A stretch of DNA of 64,000 nt from Gemmatimonadota bacterium (lineage in GTDB: Bacteria > Latescibacterota > UBA2968 > UBA8231): positions 96,001 to 160,000 of the forward strand of contig JAYOYH010000002.1 in the NCBI GenBank assembly GCA_038153405.1, written 5' to 3'. Below the pieces are notes generated by a model. The model ran no database searches and was not told the DNA's origin. It saw nothing but the letters and a program-made list of their open reading frames with translations. The translations under genes were made by a program, and so were the position numbers. Below, one piece after another: positions 48,119 to 58,455 of this stretch. Each line of letters begins with the position of its first letter. Position 1 is the stretch's first letter.

Positions 48119-49360
48119 ATGAGCAGCAAAGTAAACAACTACGAGAATACTAACCGCCTTTTTGACAAAGCGGCCGACCTCATCAATCTCGATGTGGAAA
48201 CGCGCCTACTCCTCAAAACCCCCTTTCGAGAAATCCAAGTAGAAATTCCGCTGCGGCTCGACGACGGCAGCCTGAAGATATTTGTCGGCTACCGCGTGCA
48301 GCACAACGCCGCGCGCGGCCCCATGAAGGGCGGCCTGCGCTTTCACCCCGAAGTTGACTTTGACGAAGTGCGCTCGCTCGCCTCGCTGATGACCTGGAAA
48401 ACCTCCCTTGTCAACGTGCCCTTTGGCGGCGCCAAGGGAGGCATCAACTGCGACCCCAAAGAGCTAACTTCGCGCGAATTGGAGCGCATTACGCGTAAGT
48501 TCACCTCGCGTTTAGGCTTTGCCTTTGGCATCCAACAAGACATACCGGCACCCGACGTAAATACCAATGCGCAGACTATGGCTTGGATCATGGACCAGTA
48601 CAGCGCGCAGTACGGCTATACGCCGGGCATCGTTACCGGCAAGCCAATCGAGTTGGGCGGCTCGCCCGGCCGTGAAGCGGCCACCGGCCGAGGCGTCTCC
48701 ATAATCACGCAAGCAGCCGCAGCCGATGAGGGTATCGACATCAACGGTGCGCGCGTCGTCGTGCAGGGATTTGGCAACGTCGGCTCATATACGGCCCTCT
48801 TTCTGCACGAAGCTGGCGCTAAGATCATCGCCGTCGGCGACCACTCCGGCGCGATATACAACGGCGATGGCTTCGACGTGCCCGCCCTTTTCGAACACGC
48901 GCGCAGAGAGCGCACCATCGCCGGTTTCGCAGGTGAAGCGTTAGACAATGCAGCGCTTTTGGAAGAAGACTGCGACATACTCATCCCCGCCGCTCTAGGC
49001 GGTGTTATCACGCGCGACAACGCCAACGCTATTCGCGCGCGCATGGTCATCGAAGCGGCCAACTCACCGATCACCACCATCGGCGACGAGATTCTCGACG
49101 AGCGCAACATAACGGTCGTTCCAGACATTCTCGCCAACGCCGGCGGCGTTACCGTATCCTATTTTGAATGGGTGCAAAATGTTCAGGTGTTTAGCTGGGA
49201 TGAGTCGCGCGTCAACGAGCAGTTGGAGAAGTATATGCTGCGCGCCTACCAGTCGGTGCGCGACATAATGAGGGAGCGCAAGGCGCGCATGCGCAATGCC
49301 GCCTTTAGTATTGCCATTGCGCGCGTGGCCCACGCCGAGCGCATTCGCGGCGATCTCTAA
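48119..49360 (+). CDS. gdhA: Glu/Leu/Phe/Val dehydrogenase (glutamate dehydrogenase)
   Basis: GPMKGGLRFHP, MTWK, PFGGAKGG, DIPAPDVNT, QGFGNVG, PDILANAGGVTVSYFEW. Confidence 0.93.
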   Translation: MSSKVNNYENTNRLFDKAADLINLDVETRLLLKTPFREIQVEIPLRLDDGSLKIFVGYRVQHNAARGPMKGGLRFHPEVDFDEVRSLASLMTWKTSLVNVPFGGAKGGINCDPKELTSRELERITRKFTSRLGFAFGIQQDIPAPDVNTNAQTMAWIMDQYSAQYGYTPGIVTGKPIELGGSPGREAATGRGVSIITQAAAADEGIDINGARVVVQGFGNVGSYTALFLHEAGAKIIAVGDHSGAIYNGDGFDVPALFEHARRERTIAGFAGEALDNAALLEEDCDILIPAALGGVITRDNANAIRARMVIEAANSPITTIGDEILDERNITVVPDILANAGGVTVSYFEWVQNVQVFSWDESRVNEQLEKYMLRAYQSVRDIMRERKARMRNAAFSIAIARVAHAERIRGDL

Positions 49361-49419
49361 GGCGGGCGGCGCGCTGCCAAACGCCGCCTAAGCGCACGCA
49401 TCCATGCACGGGAGGGCAC

Positions 49420-51291
49420 ATGGAGAAACTGGTTTGGCTTATCCTATTTACACTGGGCTATTGGAGCTACTGCATCTTCTGGGGCATAAAGGGCGCGCGC
49501 ACGAGCAAAACGGCGAGCGACTACTTTATTGCCGGACGCAGCATCGGCCTGTGGGTATTCGTGCTGGCCGCCACGGCGACTTCTTTTAGCGGCTGGACCT
49601 TCGTAGGCCACCCCGGTACGATATACAGCGTTGGCCTACCGTACGCCTTCGCCTCGTTCTACGCCATCACCATTCCCTTCACCGGCGTTTTGTTTCTCAA
49701 GCGCCAGTGGCTCTTGGGCAAGCGTTTTGGCTATATAACGCCGGGCGAAATGTTTAGCGACTACTACCGCAGCGACGCCATGCGCCTGCTGACGGTCGTC
49801 GTGGCCATGGTGTTCAGCGTGCCCTACCTCGGCGTCCAGCTCAAAGCATCTGGCCTGCTGTTCAACCGCCTGCTGGCGGGCACCCCGATGGAGCACACCG
49901 TATTCGCCTCCGTTGAAGGCGGCGCCATCATGCTCTCGGTCGTAGTCTTTATCTATGTTGCTTCCGGCGGCTTGCGCTCGGTCGCCTATGTCGACTGCGC
50001 TCAGTGCATCCTGCTGGCGCTCGGCATCGTCGCTCTCGGTTTGATTGCCCTCGACCTAGTGGGCGGCTGGCAGGCATTTAAGGACGGACTCGCCTCGCTG
50101 GCGCAGCAAAAACCCGACATGGTCGCCATACCAACCCGCCCCGAGTCGACGTCCTTCCTAGAGCGCGCCGGCACGCTCTTCTTCGACAGCGCAGGCGGGC
50201 CGTGGACGGGTTTGATGATTCTAACCTACATGTTCGCCCTGATGGGCATTCAGTCGGCACCGGCTTTTTCCATGTGGGCCTTTGCCAACCGCGACCCTGG
50301 CCCTTTCCGCTGGCAACAGGTGTTCGCCTCGTCGCTGGTCATCGGCGGCATCATGTTCTTTTTTACCGCTATCCAAGGTCTGGGGGGGCGCATTCTCGAT
50401 ATGGGCTTGCTGCCCAATACGACGCCGCTCAACCTACCGTCTTCCGACTATCTGGTCCCCTACCTCATCGACACGCTCTCCGCCCATTTTCCCTGGTTGC
50501 TCGGCCTCTTAGCCGTCTGTGCGCTGGCTGCCATGCAGTCTACCGGAGCCGCCTATATGTCCACGGCCAGCGGCATCATCACCCGCGACCTCTACCGCCA
50601 TTTCTTTAACCGAGAGGCATCGCAGGAGGCACAAGTGCTCGTGGGGCGGGTTACCGTCGGGGTCGTCGTCAGCATGGCGCTGATAGTCGGATTGGCGTCG
50701 GGCGATCTGCTCGTTCTATTGGGCGGGCTGGCCGTTTCGTATGGCTTTCAGATGTGGCCCGCCCTGTTAGGTATCTGCTACATTCGGTTTTTCACTGGCA
50801 AGGGCGTGGCCTGGGGTCTGGCAGCAGGTCTGACCGCCGTCACTTTCACCTACATAACCGAGTTAGGCAGTTTGATTGGCATTGGTCGCTACCCACTAAC
50901 GCTGCACAGCGCGGGATGGGGCATTCTGTTCAACTTGGTCGTCACCACGCTGGTCAGCGCCCTGACGCAGGGCGAAGAAAACGGGGCTACTCATCGCGGA
51001 CGTTATCACGATTTCTTGCGCGAGCACACCGTTCTTCCCACGGAAAAGAAAAAGTGGAAAAGGCCCATCTGGCTGCTAACCATCGTCTGGTTCCTCTTTG
51101 CCATCGGCCCCTTTGCCGTTCTCGGCAACGAAACCAATCCGACCAACTGGCCGCTGGGCATTCCCACCATATGGATCTGGCAAGTCATCTGGTGGCTCGT
51201 CGGCTGCCTCATGATGTATCTGCTGGCATTTAAGCTGGAGATGTCCACGGTTCCACCGCGTCAGGTCGAGCCCATCTCCCAAGACGATTAG
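49420..51291 (+). CDS. Sodium:solute symporter (SSS family)
   Basis: DYFIAGR, ATSFSGWTFVG, YITPGEM, SGGLRSVAYVD, AAMQST; many TM helices. Confidence 0.92.
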   Translation: MEKLVWLILFTLGYWSYCIFWGIKGARTSKTASDYFIAGRSIGLWVFVLAATATSFSGWTFVGHPGTIYSVGLPYAFASFYAITIPFTGVLFLKRQWLLGKRFGYITPGEMFSDYYRSDAMRLLTVVVAMVFSVPYLGVQLKASGLLFNRLLAGTPMEHTVFASVEGGAIMLSVVVFIYVASGGLRSVAYVDCAQCILLALGIVALGLIALDLVGGWQAFKDGLASLAQQKPDMVAIPTRPESTSFLERAGTLFFDSAGGPWTGLMILTYMFALMGIQSAPAFSMWAFANRDPGPFRWQQVFASSLVIGGIMFFFTAIQGLGGRILDMGLLPNTTPLNLPSSDYLVPYLIDTLSAHFPWLLGLLAVCALAAMQSTGAAYMSTASGIITRDLYRHFFNREASQEAQVLVGRVTVGVVVSMALIVGLASGDLLVLLGGLAVSYGFQMWPALLGICYIRFFTGKGVAWGLAAGLTAVTFTYITELGSLIGIGRYPLTLHSAGWGILFNLVVTTLVSALTQGEENGATHRGRYHDFLREHTVLPTEKKKWKRPIWLLTIVWFLFAIGPFAVLGNETNPTNWPLGIPTIWIWQVIWWLVGCLMMYLLAFKLEMSTVPPRQVEPISQDD

Positions 51292-51309
51292 CGACTGCGG
51301 ATCTGCACG

Positions 51310-52998
51310 GTGACAATGCCAGGTGTTCGCCTAATCCTTCCACCGGCGCTGACCGCGCTTGTCTGTGCTCTGCTGCCCGAGCGCGGCGGCGCGGACGGAT
51401 GGAGCCTATTCCCACCTCTGCTGGCTATTGTCGTTGCCGTGGCATCAGGGCGCTTGGTATGGGGCCTGTGCCTAGCCCTCTTCTGCGGTGCTCTAATCGC
51501 CCAACCCGTCGGCACGCCGCTCTACGCACTGCCCCTGCACGCATTGTACACAGCCGTTGTAGACTTCGTGTGGACTCCCCTGCGCGATTCTTTCCAACTC
51601 TACATACTCGGATTCACCGCTTCGCTCATCGGCATGGTGCGCGTCATCTCGCTGGCCGGCGGCACGCGCGGCATCGCCGAACTCCTCGTGCGCCGAGCGG
51701 CGGGCGCTCGCTCTACGCGCTTGGCAACGGCCCTGCTCGGAATGGCCATTTTCTTCGACGACTACGCCAACACCATTGTCGTTGGAACGACGATGCGACC
51801 GATCACTGATCGCTTTCGCATCAGCCGCGAAAAACTGGCTTACCTAGTCGACTCGACGGCCGCGCCTGTCGCCGGCATCGCCATTATCAGCACCTGGATA
51901 GGCTTTGAAGTCGGCCTCTTTGAAGATGCGATGAACAGCTTGGGAACGAATATATCTGGCTATGAGCTCTTTTTTCGCGCCCTGCCCGCGCGCTTCTACT
52001 GTTTACTAACGCTATTCTTCGTCTTCGTATCGACCCTCATGCGGCGCGATTTCGGCCCCATGCTGAAGGCCGAGCGCCGCGCCCGGTTGCATAACCAACC
52101 GCTGGCACCGGGCGCCCAGCCCATGACCGGCGAAGAAAGTGCCGTCCCTGAACACCCCGATATAGAGGCGCATTGGTCGGTGGCCGCCCTGCCCGTCGGA
52201 CTAGTCATCTTGGCCGTTCTCGCCGGCATGCACTGGGATGCGCGCAGTGCCGAAGCCGTAATCGCCGCGCGCGGCGAAGGCGCCCTTTTTAGCCGGAGCT
52301 ATTGGACGGCCGTTTTTTCCAACGCCGATGGGGCAAAGGTCATGCTCTTATCCTCTCTGGCCGGATCGGTGCTGGCCTTTGTGCTGGCGCGCACGCGACG
52401 CAGCGCCGTCGATGGCAGCCGACCGCTCTCCTTCGCTGCGATTCTTCGCACATGGGCATCGGGCATAACGGGCTTTTACTATGCCCTGCTCATTCTCGTG
52501 CTGGCCTGGGCCATTAAAGAAATGTGCCAAGCCGTACACACCTCTGACTACTTGGTCGGTGCCCTGGAAAACGTGCTCAATCCGCACTTCCTGCCGCTCA
52601 TCGTCTTTTCTCTGGCGGCAGCCGTAGCCTTCTCTATTGGCACCTCTTGGACTACGATGGCCATTTTGCTGCCGACGATGATTCCAGTTGCCTATCAACT
52701 GGGCGACCTAGCCCTGACCGTGCTCGTCGCGGCAGCCGTGCTCGACGGAGCCATATTCGGCGACCACTGTTCGCCGCTGAGCGATACGACTGTTCTTTCG
52801 AGTATAGCTGCTTCCTGCGACCACATCGCCCATGTGCGCACGCAAGCGCCGTATGCCCTGACGACGATGGGCATCGCCGCTACCTTTGGCTATCTGGGCA
52901 GCACGCTGTTCTATTCGACTGTTGTGGGATTGCTACTGAGTATGGCGGCCGTCGTTATTGCACTGGTCGTTTTCGGCCGCAATCCGGACAGTGCGTAG
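51310..52998 (+). CDS. NhaC family Na+/H+ antiporter-like transporter
   Basis: IFFDDYAN, SREKLAYLVDSTAAP, GTSWTTMAI, GAIFGDHCSPLSDTT. Confidence 0.9.
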   Translation: MTMPGVRLILPPALTALVCALLPERGGADGWSLFPPLLAIVVAVASGRLVWGLCLALFCGALIAQPVGTPLYALPLHALYTAVVDFVWTPLRDSFQLYILGFTASLIGMVRVISLAGGTRGIAELLVRRAAGARSTRLATALLGMAIFFDDYANTIVVGTTMRPITDRFRISREKLAYLVDSTAAPVAGIAIISTWIGFEVGLFEDAMNSLGTNISGYELFFRALPARFYCLLTLFFVFVSTLMRRDFGPMLKAERRARLHNQPLAPGAQPMTGEESAVPEHPDIEAHWSVAALPVGLVILAVLAGMHWDARSAEAVIAARGEGALFSRSYWTAVFSNADGAKVMLLSSLAGSVLAFVLARTRRSAVDGSRPLSFAAILRTWASGITGFYYALLILVLAWAIKEMCQAVHTSDYLVGALENVLNPHFLPLIVFSLAAAVAFSIGTSWTTMAILLPTMIPVAYQLGDLALTVLVAAAVLDGAIFGDHCSPLSDTTVLSSIAASCDHIAHVRTQAPYALTTMGIAATFGYLGSTLFYSTVVGLLLSMAAVVIALVVFGRNPDSA

Positions 52999-53131
52999 TG
53001 CTGCCCATACGCACACACCACATTCGATGTATCTCATTTTTGCTCTTCGCATTACATTCGAGTGGTCTTAAAAGCACAATGAGGTATGGGTTTTTCATTG
53101 ACCAAAGCACACGGAGTTTAAATTCTCCATT

Positions 53132-54493
53132 ATGAATACTGACGCTATTGATTCAACGCGTATTGGGCGTATTAGAAGCTTAGTCCTCCGCGGACATACC
53201 CTCCTAGTTATGTCTACCTTGTTCCAGATCGTCTGGTTGCTGTTAATCTGGGCGACAAAGGCTACCAACCAGATCGATAAAATATATTTTTTACTGATGT
53301 ACACTGCCATCACAGGCGCAGCACTCTATTTCTTCCCTCAAACAGGTGCCGACAAAAAACTAATACCAATCAATTGGAGTGATAGAAGAAAGCTGTTCTA
53401 TCTGAGTATAGCGGTTGCTCTTATAGGCATTGGATATTCTAAATTTCAAATCTTTCAAGCACTCGCGACTGAGTCTGGTCCCTTTAGTGCATCTTTGGTC
53501 GTTGCACGACAAGGCCTATCGAGTTTTTTCGATCAGTATACCGATTTGGGGCGTTGGCTTAGCGCGGCACCACCACTAGTGCCCATTATGAATGGCTTGG
53601 TCATTCAATTTTTGGGCGAAAGCATATTTATATCTCGTCTTGTAAGTCTGGTTTTCGGAATTGGCACAATTTGGCTCGTGTACTATCTGGCAAGAGATCT
53701 CAGGAACTCGCAGACAGGCCTTCTTGCCGCTTTTGTATTTGCCTGTCAACCATATTTTTTACGCCTGTCAACAGCAATATCGAACGATATGCAAATCACT
53801 TTTTTTTCAACTCTAACTCTATTGGTAATCTTACGCCTTCGTCATGCGTCCTCCAATCGGCTTTCTATCTTCGGAGGAGTTGCCATGGCACTCGGCCTCC
53901 TAAGTAAATACAATATGCTATTGGTCTATCCCATTGCAGTGTTTATATACTGGCAAAACTACTCCTCTAAGCACTTTCGTCAGCAATTGCTCTTGCTACT
54001 TGCTATTGCAACTACTCTATTGAGCGGATGGATAGCATTCGCCTATAATTTGGGAATATTCGATTTGCAAAAGGAGACATTGGCAGGTTTTTCCAGCACG
54101 CAAGTACAAGAGGAGTGGGGAAAGTGGATGTTTTTGGAGTTCGTCTTCACACGCTTGCCATCGGCTCTTGGCGTGTACACAATTCCCACCGTTGTGATCG
54201 GTATTTTTTTAATGGGAATTAGCTGGCAAACATCTACGAGTCGCCTCTTATCTATTTGGATTTGCTCTTTTTTTGTACCATTCTCATTAACCCTGCCCGA
54301 TGCACGCTATTGCCTTCCCGCTTTTCCCGTCATCGCTATTTTAGCTGCAGACGGTATGGAGCACATTACATCCAATCGCTGGAAAGTCATCGCATCTCTT
54401 GCAATTAATTGTGCAGGTTCACTCTATCTCTTTATAGACTGGCAGCGGACACACCACCTCTTTATTGAAGAGTATCTCCCATACATGCCCTAA
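53132..54493 (+). CDS. ArnT/PMT-like (GT-C fold) polytopic glycosyltransferase
   Basis: Multiple TM; PPLVP, SRLVSLVFG, NDMQ, GLLSKYN, ARYCLP; AT-richer codon usage. Confidence 0.75.
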   Translation: MNTDAIDSTRIGRIRSLVLRGHTLLVMSTLFQIVWLLLIWATKATNQIDKIYFLLMYTAITGAALYFFPQTGADKKLIPINWSDRRKLFYLSIAVALIGIGYSKFQIFQALATESGPFSASLVVARQGLSSFFDQYTDLGRWLSAAPPLVPIMNGLVIQFLGESIFISRLVSLVFGIGTIWLVYYLARDLRNSQTGLLAAFVFACQPYFLRLSTAISNDMQITFFSTLTLLVILRLRHASSNRLSIFGGVAMALGLLSKYNMLLVYPIAVFIYWQNYSSKHFRQQLLLLLAIATTLLSGWIAFAYNLGIFDLQKETLAGFSSTQVQEEWGKWMFLEFVFTRLPSALGVYTIPTVVIGIFLMGISWQTSTSRLLSIWICSFFVPFSLTLPDARYCLPAFPVIAILAADGMEHITSNRWKVIASLAINCAGSLYLFIDWQRTHHLFIEEYLPYMP

Positions 54494-54727
54494 GCTGGTA
54501 GTGGATACACTAAACAAGTTAAACCCGAATAGGCCCTTGCCAACGCAAATTCCCTAAAAGGGAAAAAATTTCCACCACTTACTTTAAAAAGTTATTCTCT
54601 TTTTGCTGGTTGGTTATTTGGGTACACTCAAGTCCAACAAAATAGCTGCGTACGACAAATAGAATCGTTGGTATAGCCTTTGCTGTTGTGTGAAAGGAAT
54701 TTTTCCTCCAGACAGGAGAGGTTTGTT

Positions 54728-55543
54728 ATGCCAGCACGCATGGATCACAGTGCCCATTTACCGGGCATGCATCAAAATTTTAACGTGTATTTCGATAGCA
54801 CTGGTGGTCAGATGGAGCAAACTACCTTGAATACGACACACGAAAAAAAAATTATAGTTGTAATGCCAGCATATAATGCAGCACGCACATTAAAAAAAAC
54901 GTTTGATGACTTACCTCATGAAATTATTGATACGGTCATTTTAGTTGATGATGCAAGCCAAGACAGGACTGTAGAAATAGCCCATCAGCTAAACCTCAAC
55001 GTCTTGGTCCACGATAGCAACCGCGGCTACGGAGCAAATCAAAAGACGTGTTATAAGGCAGCGCTCCAAGAAGGCGCGACGATCATAGCAATGGTGCATC
55101 CAGACTACCAGTACGACCCCAAATTACTTCCTGAAATTGTTGAGCCCCTTATAAACGGGGAATCTGACGTAGTATTGGGCTCGCGAATGCTGAGCAGCAA
55201 TGCTTATCACCAAGGAATGCCCTGGTGGAAATATGTGGGCAATAAACTGCTCACAGGCATAGAAAACCTAGTATTTGGGCTAAATTTATCCGAGTATCAC
55301 ACCGGCTACAGAGCGTATAGCAGCAACGTTCTTAACGCTATAGACTTTGATAAAAACTCTGACGGCTTCATATTTGACCAGGAAATCATCGCCCAAATAG
55401 TGCGGTGCAATTATCGAATTAGCGAGGTGCCTGTCCCCACCCGCTACTTCGCCGAGGCTTCTTCCATCAGCTTCTGGAACAGTGTGGTATATGGGCTAAA
55501 AATACTCTCTTTGCTGTGTCGGTATGTCATTATCAAGAAATAA
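54728..55543 (+). CDS. GT2 glycosyltransferase, DPM1-like polyprenol-phosphate glycosyltransferase
   Basis: VVMPAYNAA, LVDDASQD, NRGYGANQKTCY, HPDYQY, LSEYHTGYRAY; AGGAGAGG RBS before ATG 54728 (alternative start 54812). Confidence 0.9.
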   Translation: MPARMDHSAHLPGMHQNFNVYFDSTGGQMEQTTLNTTHEKKIIVVMPAYNAARTLKKTFDDLPHEIIDTVILVDDASQDRTVEIAHQLNLNVLVHDSNRGYGANQKTCYKAALQEGATIIAMVHPDYQYDPKLLPEIVEPLINGESDVVLGSRMLSSNAYHQGMPWWKYVGNKLLTGIENLVFGLNLSEYHTGYRAYSSNVLNAIDFDKNSDGFIFDQEIIAQIVRCNYRISEVPVPTRYFAEASSISFWNSVVYGLKILSLLCRYVIIKK

Positions 55544-55556
55544 TGCCACGTATCAA

Positions 55557-56246
55557 TTAACTATTTTGCTGCGCCCTAAATCGTGCTTTTATAATCACCT
55601 GGTAAGCAAACATCGAAGGCCACATACGAGCGAAGATTTGGTATACTGCAGTCAATTGGTTGACTACATTCATTCTCGTGCTACTTGGCATTGCAGAGAA
55701 AACCAGTTCAAATGGAATCGGTGTCGATAACCTATCGAAAACGCAAAAACCCGCTGTTGCAATTTCAGCGGCAAAGCTAGCTGGCGTAAATAAATGCACG
55801 TGGTCGCGATCGAGAATCCCTCTATCACGGTATTCAAAGCGCCCAATGAGTAGCAACATTCGATAGACAAAAAGAGTTATGTTGCCTGTAGATGCAATTA
55901 GTGTACCTCCGGGCTTGAGACAGTGAGCTATATCGTTTAACAGTCGCGCTCTACTTCTGATATGCTCTAAAACATCTGCTGCGATCACATAGTCAAATAC
56001 ATTTTCGCCAACTGGCGGCAACCCAGATTCCAAATCGTGTTGTATATACTTTTCCATATTCTGACTGAAAGAGCGATCGTCTTTTTCACCATCAACGCCA
56101 ATAACTTTGCAACCCTTTTCTGCTAATCGGCTGCTCAATAATCCCCTACCACATCCTACGTCCAACACCGATGCCCCGGCATCTATCGCATCGATAATCT
56201 GATTGTGCGAACTAAATCGGTCGTGTTTAAAAGTGTAGGCTGACAT
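55557..56246 (-). CDS. Class I SAM-dependent methyltransferase
   Basis: VLDVGCGRG, FDYVIAADVLEH, LKPGG, RGILDRDHVHLFT. Confidence 0.9.
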   Translation of the reverse strand: MSAYTFKHDRFSSHNQIIDAIDAGASVLDVGCGRGLLSSRLAEKGCKVIGVDGEKDDRSFSQNMEKYIQHDLESGLPPVGENVFDYVIAADVLEHIRSRARLLNDIAHCLKPGGTLIASTGNITLFVYRMLLLIGRFEYRDRGILDRDHVHLFTPASFAAEIATAGFCVFDRLSTPIPFELVFSAMPSSTRMNVVNQLTAVYQIFARMWPSMFAYQVIIKARFRAQQNS

Positions 56247-56258
56247 ACTCTTTAACCC

Positions 56259-56750
56259 TTACCAGCTGGATGTGCTTCGATCAATCAACTCCTCGACGAC
56301 CATGTCGAGCGCCTTTTCGATCGCCGGATCGCGCCCTTCCGCATCGGACAGGGCCGCATCGTAGGTGCTCCACCCTTCCATCGGCGCAAATTCGACGAGC
56401 ACCTCTTCGTCGAGCGTGCGCACCAGTTGTCCGCTTACGCGCAAGAGGAAACGATACTGTTCGGTTTGCTCGGCCGATGTGTAGGTAAACGGCTTGTCTT
56501 CCACGCGTAGAACGACCAATTGCAGCAGCGCATCCGCGCTCTCTTCATCGACGATGCGCAAGCGACCGTCGCGCGTATACGCGTTGACAGCGCGCTCGCT
56601 GAGCGCTTCGGCAATATCGAACTCAGCCGTCTGGCTCTCGGCAACGGGCACGCCAATGCTGCGAATTCCACCGGCCAAACCACCCGACGTCGAATAATGG
56701 GCGCAGCCCACCGAAAGCACTATGAGCGCCGCCCATAGCCTATGGCCCAT
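56259..56750 (-). CDS. LptE-like LPS-assembly lipoprotein
   Basis: Lipobox SVGC; GIRSIGVPVAE, ADALL, C-terminal amphipathic helix ending in W; start MGHRLW. Confidence 0.7.
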   Translation of the reverse strand: MGHRLWAALIVLSVGCAHYSTSGGLAGGIRSIGVPVAESQTAEFDIAEALSERAVNAYTRDGRLRIVDEESADALLQLVVLRVEDKPFTYTSAEQTEQYRFLLRVSGQLVRTLDEEVLVEFAPMEGWSTYDAALSDAEGRDPAIEKALDMVVEELIDRSTSSW

Positions 56751-57186
56751 CTGCACGGGCTTCCTCTTCTTCCTCATCGCCATCGACCAGCGAACGGGCG
56801 CAGTCGCCAAGAGCGATGGGCCGCGCCTGCGGGCTTCCCAAGCGCTCGGTCGAACGCACGTCGAAGCGCTGCCAACCGCTGGTCCGCCCCACCGACTGCT
56901 CGGCCATCAGCGTGCTAAGCGGACGCGTATCTCCTACGACTACCGCCGCTTCGGCCGGCGCCCGCACCGTGCACATAGTATCCTGCACGTGCGTGACGAT
57001 AACGCGCGCTTTGACCACCTCCCAGCGTCCCAAGCTATCGCCGCTATCGGGATCGCGTATTTCAGCGTGTTCGGCAACGATCACAAAAGCCATTCCCTCG
57101 CGCACTCCACGCGTTAGCCCGGCGTTGAGCACCAGGGTCGTATCATCGATAATCGCCGCGACCTTCGCCTCTATTACAGCCTGCAT
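56740..57186 (-). CDS. Hypothetical protein resembling the FlgT C-terminal beta domain
   Basis: LVLNAGLTRGVREGMAFVI...IRDPDSGDSLG pattern; GGAGGAG RBS. Confidence 0.55.
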   Translation of the reverse strand: MQAVIEAKVAAIIDDTTLVLNAGLTRGVREGMAFVIVAEHAEIRDPDSGDSLGRWEVVKARVIVTHVQDTMCTVRAPAEAAVVVGDTRPLSTLMAEQSVGRTSGWQRFDVRSTERLGSPQARPIALGDCARSLVDGDEEEEEARADGP

Positions 57187-57201
57187 ATTCCACACTCCTC
57201 C

Positions 57202-57234
57202 AAAAAAAAACCGGCCCGCCCGCGGGCGAACCGG
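57202..57234 (-). terminator. Intrinsic terminator after the M23 gene
   Basis: Minus strand reads CCGGTTCGCC-cgcg-GGCGGGCCGG then T9. Confidence 0.7.
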
Positions 57235-57253
57235 CTACGCAGTTGCGCGCCTG

Positions 57254-58291
57254 CTACTCTTCTTCCCATCCTGCTACCTGGGCAACTTTAGCGTCGGCAT
57301 CGCGCTGCACGTGATCGAGCAGGAAATCCTTGGGATCGACATACCCTTTGACCCCACCGCGCTGGCGGTCGATGTAGCGCACGGAGTAGTGGAGGTGCGG
57401 TCCCGTAGAGCGCCCCGTGTTGCCCATCAGCCCAATTTGCTGGTTGCGCTGGACCCGCTCTCCGACTTTGACAAACCGCTTTTGCAAATGTCCGTATTCG
57501 GTGCGGAACTTTCCCTGGCGAATATAGGACTCGCCGCTTTCATTGACTTCTTGCACGCTGTGCTCAACCACCACGACATTGCCCAGGCGCCGATCCATGT
57601 AGGCGTGCGTTACAATGCCATCACCCGTTGCATAGATCGGCGTGCCCTCGCGACCGGCAAAATCGATGCCGAGGTGACGCGCTTTACGCCCCGTGAAGGG
57701 GTCGATGCGATCGCCAAACCCCGACGATATCCACGCGCGATTCTTGGCCACGGGCCAGATGGTCGGGAAGTGGCGCAGATCGCCTTCGCTCTCGAGAAAT
57801 TTACTCTCGATTTGCGCAAAGCTCTCCTCCTGAAAACGCGCCATTTGCTTGAGGCGCATAATGCGGGCGGAAATCTCGCGCATGGCATTCTTCTTGTCTT
57901 CTGGCAGCGCCGCAATGTCTTCTTCCGGCAAGTCCTCGGAACCGCCGACGCCGCCGAGGCGTATATCCGCGGAGAGCGGTTCCATCATGTGGTAGTCGCG
58001 CAGGCGGTCGTCATCAGCCACTAGCTGCGACATGACGCCTTCGAGATCGTCCACTTCGCGCTGGGCAATATCGACGCGGCGCAGCAGGTCGCGGTTTTCC
58101 GCGCGCAGGGCGGCCAGCGCCTCCTCTTGATCGGTCTTTTGAAAGTAACCGGTGGAGAAGTAGGCAAATAGCGCGGCAAAGCAGAGCGCAAAACAGGAGG
58201 CGGCGTAGAGCCACTGTCGGGCAAAGCGAAATTCGCGCACCTGCCCATCGTTGCCGGGGATGTAAATAAACGTGAGACGCTTTTGCGGCAT
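57254..58291 (-). CDS. M23 family metallopeptidase (TM, coiled coil, LytM domain)
   Basis: PTIWPV, SSGFGDRIDPFTG, HLGIDFA (HxxxD), GRSTGPHLHY (HxH); start MPQKRL. Confidence 0.92.
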   Translation of the reverse strand: MPQKRLTFIYIPGNDGQVREFRFARQWLYAASCFALCFAALFAYFSTGYFQKTDQEEALAALRAENRDLLRRVDIAQREVDDLEGVMSQLVADDDRLRDYHMMEPLSADIRLGGVGGSEDLPEEDIAALPEDKKNAMREISARIMRLKQMARFQEESFAQIESKFLESEGDLRHFPTIWPVAKNRAWISSGFGDRIDPFTGRKARHLGIDFAGREGTPIYATGDGIVTHAYMDRRLGNVVVVEHSVQEVNESGESYIRQGKFRTEYGHLQKRFVKVGERVQRNQQIGLMGNTGRSTGPHLHYSVRYIDRQRGGVKGYVDPKDFLLDHVQRDADAKVAQVAGWEEE

Positions 58292-58455
58292 AATGCCCCT
58301 TTGCTCTGCGTTGGATCCAATGCAGAATGGCCGCGCGCGATGGCGCACAAACCGGCCCGATTTTTGTATATCTATCGACGTTGCATTAACTTAAGAGAAG
58401 GTCAATCTACGGCACCACCAGGCGAAAGTCAACCAACCTCGAGCGCGTGAAAACT

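Noticed and set aside
56816..58024. 402-aa plus-strand ORF
   Set aside because: Antisense to the M23 and FlgT-C-like genes and crosses their terminator
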